A stretch of 63,550 bases of DNA, counting the filler, from Lenisia limosa (Eukaryota > Protista > Breviatea), in assembly GCA_001655205.1 (NCBI GenBank). It is 10 parts of 10 records of this genome, joined end to end, with 100 filler letters (N's around TTAATTAATTAA, not from the genome) between each part and the next. Parts side by side here need not be neighbours in the genome. Positions count along the whole stretch, not along the records: positions 36,136 to 38,921 come from LPNZ01010706.1; positions 39,022 to 43,313 come from LPNZ01010556.1; positions 43,414 to 52,734 come from LPNZ01000356.1; 7 more parts are not named here. The stretch is one strand, 5' to 3'. Every line of letters begins with the position of its first letter. Position 1 is the first letter of the stretch. Shown one piece after another: positions 37,621-49,040 of this stretch. The notes below the pieces were generated by a model that was not told the DNA's origin, did no database searches, and was given only the letters and a program-made list of their open reading frames with translations. Both the position numbers and the translations under genes were made by a program.

Positions 37621-40289
37621 TCTTGATCCTAGAGAGTCAGAGGAGGTCCAGAGGCACCATTGGGAAAGAAGGATAACACCCAAGGGAATAGCCTCCCTCC
37701 AGAGGATCCCATTTCCAGAAATTAGACTATTAACAAGCAGGTTACTTCTAAAACTAGATCGAGCAGCCCAATCCAAGGAGGACAGAGGTTGAAGCAGGAA
37801 GACGATTTCAGTAAACCCCTTATTCATGTATAATCATTACATTGTCCAAGGAAAGCGCCTTTAAACGAGTACTTGCCAACAAGCAGTGAAATCAGGGAGT
37901 CAAAGAGCTCGTGTAAAAAGCTACCCTCCCCGATAACATACTTATTTGCAATATTAAAGCAAAGAAGAACAGTTAAGACGGGGAGAATCCCCCTTGACGA
38001 AGAACATATTTCAATTGTGCCACCTATTCCCATATACTCTTCACTTCAGAGAATAAGTCTTGTTATTTTACTTCATTTCACGACATTTAGAAGACAATAC
38101 CCCAACATACGATGTGAATCTGAGAAACAGAACGACCGGCATCAAGTGCCTGTTCAACACTGGAAAGACCAAACTTAGTTCCACTAGGTGCCATACTGAC
38201 TAAAAAGAACGATTCACAAAATCCAAATATTTTTATTGCACCCTTTTTGAATTAGTTGTACCCGGGTGTCTTTTTGGTGAATCAGAAATCAAGCTGCCCC
38301 TCTTTTTCAAACACGCAAACACATCCTTTGAATCATAATATAACAGAAGATTGTGATTTAGTCAGCAGAATTCGCATTATCTCGCACAATGGCCAAAAGA
38401 ATGACTCTATCTGAACAAATGAGGTCTGCTGGCATACTCCTGAGATCAATATTGAGCATATACAACGATTTCTTAGTGTAAGATGCTTTAAATGTCCATA
38501 TTGACGATTTCACAGGGCGATCAAGGTTCCTCTACCAACTGCTGGTGGGACAACGAAAAAGCGGAAGGCCATGCCTGTTTTAAAGAACAAAGTCATCGAC
38601 ATATTATCGTAGGTGGTGTGAAGTAACAGTGTATTATTGTCTCTTTGAGTATCATTGATTTTATTTTGTGGTATTTGGAGAAATCTGGACTTTGTTAGAT
38701 TTTGATTTCTTTATTTTCCCAGATATTCAAGATTAAGAAATATGTTTTTCTTATTTTTTTTGTACCAGAATATGATTTCTTCTTGACGTCTCTATTAAAA
38801 CTTGGATCATAGAGATCTCTTATTGTCCTTCAGATTTGTCCTTCCCAAAGGTGTATATTACCCACGGTCAACTGAAAGGCTGCTTTTATACGCCAATTTG
38901 GGCCCTCTCGTTACTCTCAACNNNNNNNNNNNNNNNNNNNNNNNNNNNNNNNNNNNNNNNNNNNNTTAATTAATTAANNNNNNNNNNNNNNNNNNNNNNN
39001 NNNNNNNNNNNNNNNNNNNNNACACCATCACGCTTAAGAAATACTGAATTATAATAATAATTTCACCAAATCGTTTGCCTTTCAACTCTGTGTACACAGC
39101 TTTCTGTGCCTTCTTAAAAATCACAAGAGATCTCTCCCTCCCCTCCACCATTCTGCATAAGATAGTACATGAGAAGCGGACTGCCAAATTGAGCTGCCTT
39201 AATAGTAAGAAGCAGCCTCGATTACAGACACCAAACCAGGGCTGTCAATATAAGCCCTATATCTCATCAATCACCGACATGATCACTCTGAAGCCATAAA
39301 AATACAAAAAGACCCCCCCCCCCCCNNNNNNNNNNNNNNNNNNNNNNNNNNNNNNNNNNNNNNNNNNNNNNNNNNNNNNNNNNNNNNNNNNNACGTCTGC
39401 GCCAAAGTTGACCAAAGCATACACCGCAGCAGGCCGGTCTGATGACGTCACCATGAATGATAACAAGGTCTGTCCCATATGAAACACCCTTTTCCGTTTA
39501 TCAGAAAATCGCATGTTTATTTTTTAGATTAACCTGTCCTTCACCCTTCACTTTCGAATTCAAAGACATGCAAAATATCGAGAATATATCGAGAATTTAT
39601 CGAGAATTTATCAAAATTTATCGAGGATTTAAGAAGAATTCATTCTATTTTGGAACCGGAGATGAAGCTCATCCTACCCCTCATGCAAGCCCAATGAAGG
39701 GCGCTTTGTTTGGTGACGTCATGAACTGTGTTGACTTGGCCTCCCTGTTCAATCATTTTTTGAGATCAAGAACCTGGGCGTCACTTCGGTCCGAAAAAGA
39801 CCGACAAAATATCGATATTTATCGAGGAATTTGAGACCATAGGGAAGCTTTGTCAAGAACATATGTATATATATATATATATATAGTATATATATATATA
39901 TATCATACTATACTGACAAATAAAATCTTGGGAAACAAAAGATGGATTTTGTTTCTTTATTCTTTTCAAAGTTGATATTGTTTTATATTTTCTTTGATCT
40001 TACCCCCAGACCACCGATCTACATTGGATGTTTTATCAAGTCATAAGAAAGAGAGTGGAAAAGTAGTATGATGTTATCATTCATAAATAAGACAGAACAC
40101 TGGTAGCAAAAGATATCACCATATTGATAGGGAATGAAGGGGGTTGATGACTCAGTATTTGGCCGTTAGGGATTAAAAATGATGAACCGAAAAAGTTCAA
40201 CGACTTTCAGGAATAGATGTTAAAGAAGACTAATTGAACCGATATATTGGGGAGTGATGGAGAAAAGTAGAAATTTTTTGTTGAGAAAG

Positions 40290-40667
40290 GTTCCAACCCT
40301 CAGCGTCCAAGAACCATAGGCTTTTCTTCGCAGATTTTACAACCCATCCACCAACCGCGTTGATTAGGGCTTCAATGCAAGAAACATGTCCGTTTAAACT
40401 CGCCCAATGGATAGGTGTGTAGCCTAAGAGATGAGATGAGGAGAGATGCGAGAGGAATTGGAGAGAAGCTGGGAAATAATCGGAGACCCGACCTTTATCA
40501 TCCTTCTTTGCTGCTAGCTCCGGATTACCAGCCAGGATGGCACCGAGGAGACGGATGCGTCCACTTTGCGAGTGATCCACAACTTGATCGAACAATGAAG
40601 GAGGTTCATTGTCGGAAATGCTAACACTCACGACAGACATCTCTGAATCGGACAGCGAGGTAGACAT
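40290..40667 (-). CDS. Ankyrin-repeat protein, 5' exons
   Basis: ELAAKKDDKG-intron-YTPIHWASLNGHVSCIEALINA, a canonical ankyrin repeat after splicing. Confidence 0.85.
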
Positions 40668-42478
40668 TTAAAGGCCTACTCAAGAGGATCACCCTCTAAA
40701 CCCTCACACAGCTCGCTTGCTTTCCGTCCCTACCTTTATATTCCAATAATAAAGTATGAATCTTCTATTGACCAGTAACACACCAATCAAACGAAATTGT
40801 GTAGAGGTTCATCATGTCATCCACTAACGTTACCCCATGTATCTTGTCTTAAAACAAAAATCCTTTCCGGGGCGCCCCGGGTCTCATGAAATGAGAGAAA
40901 GGACTACCGAGAATATACCCGCCGGCGTCCAGGAAAAAAAATCCGTCTCCGAACTCTGTCAAGTCTGTGTCAAGTTGCTGTCAAGCAAGCGTTGTGATAA
41001 TATCGCTGTATCGGTGGTGCAAGGTTCTTGATAGAAGAGATTAAGCAATAAAAGAGAATATTATACAGGTATTTGAGGTATAGGAGGTGTTTTATTTATA
41101 ACTATTATATTAGCATGGGAATGAGCCTTATAAATGTTAAAATGCCGAAACCGTGATGAAAATTTTCCTGTTTCTCTTTGTTCCAGCCGAAGAGATGACT
41201 GTTTTAGATGGGACTACTTACTCGATCTCGTTCCAGGTCGACAGCGAGTCTAGAAGGTCAGTGGCTTTGAGTATTTTTTGGCAGCTACTGCTGACACTAA
41301 AGCACCCTTGTGTTTGTGATGTCCTTTTATAGAATTTATTTGTTAACCTTTGGTGAGGCCTCTTTGAATTTAAGGAACTCCGAGGAAAAACGTATGACGT
41401 TGTAGATGGAGGATCAGTGTCGATTCGTGTTCGCTCCAGATCCAATTCAAATGACCGTAGGCGTTGAGAGGGATTTACGGAGTTATAGTCTCACAAGCAT
41501 CATTACGGACCCAGTTAAAACGTGTCATTTTTGGCTCAGTTGCGGCCTTCCTCTGGCTCCTCTCCCCTTCTTTGCTTCCAAAAGCGGTATAATGGTCATT
41601 ATGATCGCATTTTGTCGCGAATTGCAGTACTCCGCTTCCCTATTCATGCTTGAGTTCACTATTCGGCCATTTACTAGAAAGATCTACCATCCGCTTTTGA
41701 CATGTGCCCTCTTTACTCCCCTCCTTACTCCCCTCCTTACTCCCTTTTGAGGCTTCATAACGGTGGGCTCTAACTTTTCGCTTTTGAAAGTTAACGATAG
41801 TTGGAAAATTTGAGACTTTCCCCCTTCCTCCCTCTCTCCCTCTCTGTCATTGCTCATATTCACAAGGGCTTCACCTTCGGTTCCGAAGGCGGAGGGAAAT
41901 ATCGATATTTATTGAGCATTTATTGAGATTTCAAGCGTTTTCGCAGCCGCCAGTGAAGCTCATAAAGCTCATCTTTCAATTCACACAATTAGTACCAGCC
42001 TTCCGGCATCATACCAAGCTCACCCGTCACAAATCGCCGTCCCCCCCGTTGCCCTCCCACGACTCCCCTTATTTCGCCAAGAATGAAGGGTTGGCTGGGC
42101 TTGGTTTGGGTCATAAATTTCCGTGATTACTCTTAAGCTTTCATCTACATTTCTTTCGTTTTGCTCTCCCCCCATCTCCAATTCCAACCTTCACTTTCTT
42201 TAGTACCAACAGTTTCCCGAGTCCTCTCCAAGTTAGCTTCGACCTCACTGATGTGGGGGAGGGGCATGTATTTTTCTGTCTTGTACAATGTATCATTCTA
42301 GTTTATCTTCATCACCACCGTCACCATCACATTTAACCCATTCCATCCAGCTTACCGTATTATATCCAACTCTCCAGAAACCGCGGCATTCAGACAACGA
42401 GTCGCTCTCCGGTGCCAGTTCCACAGATTCGGGTGCGCGGGGGGTGGGGTGTTCATTTCCCTGGTTTTGAATGATATA

Positions 42479-42559
42479 CAGTGGCCAGGATAAGTCTTGA
42501 CCGATTTTTTCCCTTGGGAAATCATAGAGCAAATCGGGCAAGACTTGTCCCGGTCACTG
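42479..42559. mobile_element. Tc1/mariner-type MITE family F
   Basis: TA-CAGTGGCCAGG ... CCCGGTCACTG-TA, with TA on both sides. Confidence 0.9.
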
Positions 42560-43415
42560 TATTATTATATAGTATTCTGTTTTGGCCATTCCCATATTTT
42601 TGCTGATGTTCTGGAGGAGCAGATTTTTTTTGGGAGCAAGAAAACACATAAAATACAATATATGAGCAGAGGTGTTGGCATTTTTCACGATATCATATAA
42701 TCTACCCCCCCCTCTCTCTCTCTCTCTCTCCCGCCTCTATATCTTTTCACTACTCAGTCGATTTGCCGATCAGAGTTCGAAAAAAGGCCTTGAAGAGGAA
42801 GTTGCCAAAGACCAATCCAACTGGTGAGCATTATTCATCACTAGGGCTTCATACATATGATATGTTATTTTTTGGGCTTTCCTTCTGTCCACAAAACTGA
42901 AATTCTAAATAAATCCTCAAAATCAAAAGTGCAAGTACAAGTCGTTTTCACTGTTGTTGCGCTTCGGAAGAAAAGGACTGCCAAAAACACTCAAATCAGC
43001 GTTGCCGCGGAAGTGCCTAGCTTGTAGAAAAATGGAAGTTTTATTGCCGGATCATCACAGAATTCGATAAAGAACGCATGTAACAGAGGAATGAGCAAGA
43101 TATAAACAGGCAAATCAAAGAAGCAAATAGACCGGGAAGTACCGAGATTTGTCTATAATTTGTCGAGAATTGTTTGAAAAAACACGAAGGGTTGCCCTAC
43201 GTGCAATAAAAAAATTTACTCTTCTTTATGGATCCGAAGGATCTCTAAATAACATTTTGTTGAAAGACTGGAAAAATATCATTATTTATCGAGGATTTAT
43301 TAAGTCTTTTTGGNNNNNNNNNNNNNNNNNNNNNNNNNNNNNNNNNNNNNNNNNNNNTTAATTAATTAANNNNNNNNNNNNNNNNNNNNNNNNNNNNNNN
43401 NNNNNNNNNNNNNTC

Positions 43416-43472
43416 AAGATTGTCTAAAAACCGGAATTGGCAAAAAAACCGGAATTTTGAACGGACGCATAT
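43416..43472 (+). repeat. 57-bp repeat, exact reverse complement of 52678-52734 (the two ends of one contig)
   Basis: AAGATTGTCTAAAAACCGGAATTGGCAAAAAAACCGGAATTTTGAACGGACGCATAT. Confidence 0.92.
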
Positions 43473-44439
43473 GCTTCATTAGTAAGGCATTTATCGTTCT
43501 GGAAAGGCACAGAAAGTGAGTGTCAAATTTGTTTGATTTATTAGCATCTTTTATCATATTTTGGCATAGTTTTTGGCTGACTTTACGCTCATTTTTGCTC
43601 AATTTTTGAATATTTCTCTCTTTATATGCTTGTAGATTACCCTAGAATGGTGGAATTCAAAATTATTGATACAAGAACGTCTTTGCGTTATGACAAGAGC
43701 GATCTTAGACCAATAGTCAATGTTTTTGGTGCATTTTGAAGGAATTACTGTAGTATCATGAAGGTGTCATTGTGCTTATTTTTTTGATACCCCTTATCAT
43801 GTTATTGTGTGATACTCTTTAGAAATACGTATTTAGTGCGATAATTTGGAAGCAAAGTGAAATATGGGTAGATAAGGAAACTTCTGTGTCCAAAATTGAA
43901 AGAAAAGTCCCATTTTTGTACACGGTTTTATGCATGTCCACAGTTTTCACTCTCCCTCAGGAGACATCATAATCACCTGTCCCTTCTCCGTAATCCTTTC
44001 AGAAAGGAACGTGCGCTCTTCGGAGTACAGACCCGCATCCCGCCCTCAGAGCTTGAAGAGGTACACTCAGTGGTGAAACAGGCCATCAAGACCATCGACG
44101 CGGTCATCTAAAGCGAATTAGAGAAGTTAGAGAGGCAGCAAGTAAGAGGAAATGCCAAAATACAGAACAATATCATCAACAGACAAAACAGGCTTTTCTC
44201 ATACTCTCAGAACTGGGAGTCGCCATGCCCTCCCGCGTTGGTGATGAACACCTGAAGACCACTATGACTTTGTCCCTTAAAACGAGCAGTTCGGTTTGAA
44301 AAACAAATTCCGGTCTCGTCAAAATTGTAATTTTAACTGAATGAACAACGTACAACAGGAATAATAAAATTGACATTATCGATGAAAAAGATCAGGATTT
44401 GAATCATGATTAACAAACCCCACGAACAGGAAGAAGACC

Positions 44440-44618
44440 TGACCTTCGTAGTCATGGATAGACTGGGACTTTTGGGTGAGGCGCTCCTTGCAGTGGGCCT
44501 TGCGGAGAGTCTTGGCATGATCGGTCTTCTTGACAGCACGTCGGTACTCACGGTCGAGGAATTGGGCGGTCATGACGGCCTCGTTGGTGATGATGTTGAA
44601 CACCCGTTCCTTCAGCAT
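44440..44618 (-). CDS. Hypothetical protein exon (MLKERVFNIITNEAV...)
   Basis: AG/GT-bounded open exon with strong C/G-ending codon bias. Confidence 0.5.
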
Positions 44619-45876
44619 CTAATATTTAATACAGATATTTAAAAACAATTCTTCTTTTGAAATAATTTTGAGCTTCAAAATGAAAAAAAGTGTCCAAAAT
44701 CCGATATCCCTACAGGAATGCCGTTTCGGTCACTATTTAACACGGTCACTGTATATATTATGATATAAACATGTATAGTATGATATGTAGTATCATCACA
44801 TTGAACCAGTTTTCATTTGCCCCTTGAACATGTAGATTATTTCAAGTTCAACTCAATGTGCTTACTCTGGTTCAGTCAGAGCATCGTTTCGTTGGTCTCT
44901 TTGCGATTTGGTAAAGTTATTTTCATTGACAATATAACATTTTCCATCAATGACAATCAGTAATCATCACACATTACAATATTCTGGGCATTATCCGAAG
45001 CATGCTTTTGCCTCCAATAATCAGATATTATTAATGTGGTTCAGTCATTTATTTTTATTTTTGGCTAAAAATTGATAAAAAATGTGGTAAGAAATTAAAG
45101 CAACTACCCGTAAAATCATCTCAAAAGGACCAACTTCTTGCAAACTTGATCACAATTTTGAAGAATATTGCATGGAATATGGACTAACCGAGGTAAAAAT
45201 GGGCTGTTCTTGCTGTTTTGAGAGTATTTGCCGATTTGATGCTGCCTAGTTTCTCTTGCACCTTATATTCGTCTCACAAGAGTACTACGGCGCCAGGCAT
45301 CTTCAAGAAAGTCGCTTTAAAAAAAGGCCACAAATTAGAACAAACCCTCATGGCGCTGTAGCTTTGTGTGTTTTTTTTTTTCCAATTTGATTGTATTCCT
45401 TTGTTATCTTGTGAAGTTAAACGTTGTTCAAAATGAGAATCCTGATGATTACGGTCTATTTTTATACACTCTAGATCATATCCATACCTCTTCTCCCCAG
45501 CCCTATTCCACACATCTCTAGAGTTGAGCTGTTTCCCCAAACCTGATGTTTCAGTGGTTTGTATTTGAAACAGTGATGTTCCTTGACTTTCTAGTTTAAG
45601 TTTGTCACCCCTACCTCTCTCTTCCCGGTACAAACTGAAGGTCTCTTCAACAAGGTTTGTGTTTGAAACATTGGAATTTTGTTGACTTGCTAGATTAAGG
45701 TGGTCGGTTGATGGGTTTTTGGCGAGGTAACGCAGAGTACAGATTAGTCTTCTATTCATTGATCCTGAAGTGTATTAAACAATGATAGAAATATAATACC
45801 CCAATACAGCGTATATAAATGTGATTTTTCGAATTTTGTTTCTTGTTGTCTCTGAGTTGTTTCTTAGTTTTATGTA

Positions 45877-46635
45877 CAGTGGCGGGAAAATGTATTCAGA
45901 AAAAGTGTTTTCTTCATTTTTTTTTGCATGAAAGAACTCATTTGTGGTTCAGAATGATGGCCAGCCAGTTTTTAGATGCATTTCAAAAATATGTCGCATA
46001 AAGGCTGAAGATTGCGCGCCCATAACGAAGGTTTCTATGCAGTTAAGCATCATAGCGGAGATGAATAGCCAGCCCTACCTGTTCTTCAGACAGGAAGCAT
46101 TCTATCTTTAAGTTGTTAAAACTCCGATTGAGCCGTAATCAAGCTAATTGTACAGTGGTGGGCAAAAGTATTCATCAAAGTGTTTTTACCATAACTTTTC
46201 GCCGGTTAATTTTTTTTTTTTTTTTTNNNNNNNNNNNNNNNNNNNNNNNNNNNNNNNNNNNNNNNNNNNNNNNNNNNNNNNNNNNGTTTTTGATGTTTTT
46301 CAAAAAATGTCGCCAGTTAAGTCAAAATTACTGAAAAAAAGTCAAAACCCCTTGAACGGTTTGTTTTTGGTATATTTTCACTATTTGGATGTTAACAGGT
46401 GGAATTGCATGAAATAGTCCGCACTGAAGGAAGAATGGGCAGCTATTCCATGATTCAAAATTTAATTTCATCAATGCCACGAAGATGAAAAGTTGTTATT
46501 GACAACAAAGGGCTTATTACTAAATATTAATATACTATTTTATGCAATTCCACCTGTAAACATCCAAATAGTGAAAATATACCAAAAAACCGTTATAGGA
46601 GTTTTGACTTTTTTTGCAGTAATTTTGAATTAACA
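45877..46635. mobile_element. Tc1-like terminal sequences (45877, 46153) and a foldback inverted repeat (46316-46416 / 46535-46635)
   Basis: TA-CAGTGG(C/T)GGG(A/C)AAA(T/A)GTATTCA twice, and ~100-bp imperfect inverted arms around a ~120-bp loop. Confidence 0.7.
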
Positions 46636-47379
46636 CGTTGCTCTACCTTTCTTTAATATATTACTCTTACCATGATTTATATAGAATTGTTCTCCTTTTT
46701 GACTACTTAAACGGGGATTTGTGATACTCTTTTTAAAAAAACAAATGATAGAGTGAACTGAACTCTAACTTGAGGAAATTGAAGTAACGGATTCTAATAC
46801 TATTATTGTGTTGAGTTGTTTTCCCCCTTTATTTACCCACTATTGTCTCACATTTTTGAATGTTGTTTATCTTCATCAAACCCCAAGAATCCAATGTTAG
46901 ACCCACCATCATGTTTTACATAACAATATTGCTACATACATGTATGTGTTATAAACTTATTATTAGAACATCTACTGTTCATCGTTCATTCTTTAGAAGA
47001 CTGAATTGATCGAATGTGGCATGAAAACGGCAGTACCACTAGTTGTTCCTTCTTTCGCTGCGTCTTAGTTTCCTGCCGCCGCTCCTCCTGCCGCTTCATC
47101 CTCCCCTGCAGTTCACGTGCATGTCCACATGGACAACTTCCTGAAGGACGCTCTTCAGCTGATTCGTCCCCCAGCCCCTACTTTTCCTTCTGTTGCTGCT
47201 CCTTCTCGGCTGACTCTAGTTTGGCGTATTTCTAGTTTGGTGTATTTTTTTTTCAACTCCTAGTTTAGTGTATTTTTCATTCTAGGTTAATATTTTTTGA
47301 AAAATACACTTAACTCGAAAAACACCTATTTTTAGGACTGTTCTAGAAACACTGGACTAAAGGCCCATCAATGTAGGAG

Positions 47380-48238
47380 TTAAACCATGGTCTCAACTAC
47401 AAAAAAATCAAATTTGAACAACAGAATGACTCCAGCATAAAAGGTGATCCTAGTGTCTTGGTAAAAATACAAAAAATAAGTTTTCTGCGTCGTGTATCCC
47501 CCAGAATTATCTGGAAGGTTGACAAGGGCATTGGACATCTCCACATTTTTCTTCATACATAGATGGTCGTAAGGGACAAGACTACCCACATTCCTGTGGC
47601 CAGCACCTTGATTAATTAGAGAAATAAAAAAAAGATGGGGGTACAGCCATCTACAACTCCACAACAAACCTTGGTCGAATTGTGCTTGCTCAGAGTAGTA
47701 GTATTTGTCTTCCGAGCAGAATGAGTCCCGGTTTTCTTGCTGCGCCAGTGTTGGCGTTGAGTTCCTTCTTGATCAGGCTGACGAAGTAGTTTATACCGAC
47801 ATACTGGTCGTAGAAGGCAGGAACACCTTGGTGGCCTGGGAGAGGGCGCATTGGCCAGGAGGACTTCGGCTTTAATCAGAAGCGTCGGGAAGTGTCAGCA
47901 AAGGAGGCAGAGGACGAATGACCCAGGCTGAGGTACTCCTTGTACCAGCGTACGAAGCAGCGGCTCGGATCGGAAATCTCACAAATGACCACAGGGTCAT
48001 GGGGCCTCATCACGTTGACCTTCTGGCCTCCATTGGCGCTGGTACTGGTAGAAAGACCTAATATAAATTAGTTTTGCTAAATAACAACACTAAACCAACC
48101 GTTCTTGTGATTCTTGTCAAAGAGTGGGGAGTAGATTACGAGAGTTGGGAGTTGTGAGGTGCTGAAGAGGTCCTTTTTCCCTTTGAGATCAAACATTTGA
48201 AAAGTGGCAGCATAACTCTCAGAGCTTCTCACCCGGTC
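47380..48238 (-). pseudogene. Crypton-type tyrosine recombinase (DUF3504-like) with introns, degenerate
   Basis: DKNHKNGL, DPSRCFVRWYKEYL, AFYDQYVGINYF, GTHSARKTNTTTL (HSxR), GHRNVGSLVPY (GHxxxxSLxxY). Introns at ~48058-48101 and 47607-47669. One stop and frameshifts. Confidence 0.78.
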
Positions 48239-48593
48239 TGAAGACGGAAGGAGTAATGTTTGCGGGAAAAGCTCGAGTTAGCGTAGCAGAAGAAGGACCC
48301 AAACCTGGAGGCAAGGGTATTTTCGTTTGAAAACAACTGTAAGCGCCAGGACAATTATTGTATTAAGAGGGCGGCAGACAGGGAAAGAGCTCTTTTTGGT
48401 TATTGCAAGATGCCAACTCGAAGATCACCCTCGAAATTGTATTGAAAGATTTGACATTTTCTCAAATCTTTCAATACAATTTGATAAAACAATCATCAGA
48501 AGTTCTTTTTGTTGTTGTCATGCCATATTTGTTGATTGACCTCAAGTGCGAGTCTCTCAATGTTTATCTTATTTATTGTTTTACTTTTTCAAG

Positions 48594-49040
48594 GTTTACC
48601 GAGTTTTCTTCCACTGTCGACATCACTGTGGTTCAAGGTCGTCGTGTTATTCTTGACCAAATGTCTCTGTTCATTGCGAACATCCGACAAACCCGCGCTG
48701 GTACTCCACACTATCGCCCAGACTCCCGTCACTTTCAAGGTTGGTTAAGTGTGTTTTTATTTGTATTTGTGGGAGGATTCTTTTTTTTTATTATTTTTAT
48801 TATTTTTTTTGTGATTCACTTCCGGTCAGAAGAAGCCCATTTCATCGGGCATCCGGGTTTACAATATCGCGGGAGAAGGTGGTTACGTCTTTGACACCTA
48901 GCCGACGGTACCAAGATCAGTTCCTCCTAACCGATGGTACCAAGATCAGTGAACACGTCCTGAAGCTCGTCAAGACCCTCGCTGCTGAAGGTCACATCAT
49001 TGCTCTTGAGAACCTGTTTACTTCGAGTCGACATACTGTC
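48594..49040 (+). pseudogene. piggyBac-like (DDE_Tnp_1_7) transposase remnant
   Basis: KKPISSGIRVYNIAGEGGYVF and HVLKLVKTLAAEGHIIALENLFTS match KPxxxGIK..GY..; GHxxxxDNxFTS (D to E here). Contains a stop and a 29-bp duplication. Confidence 0.7.
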
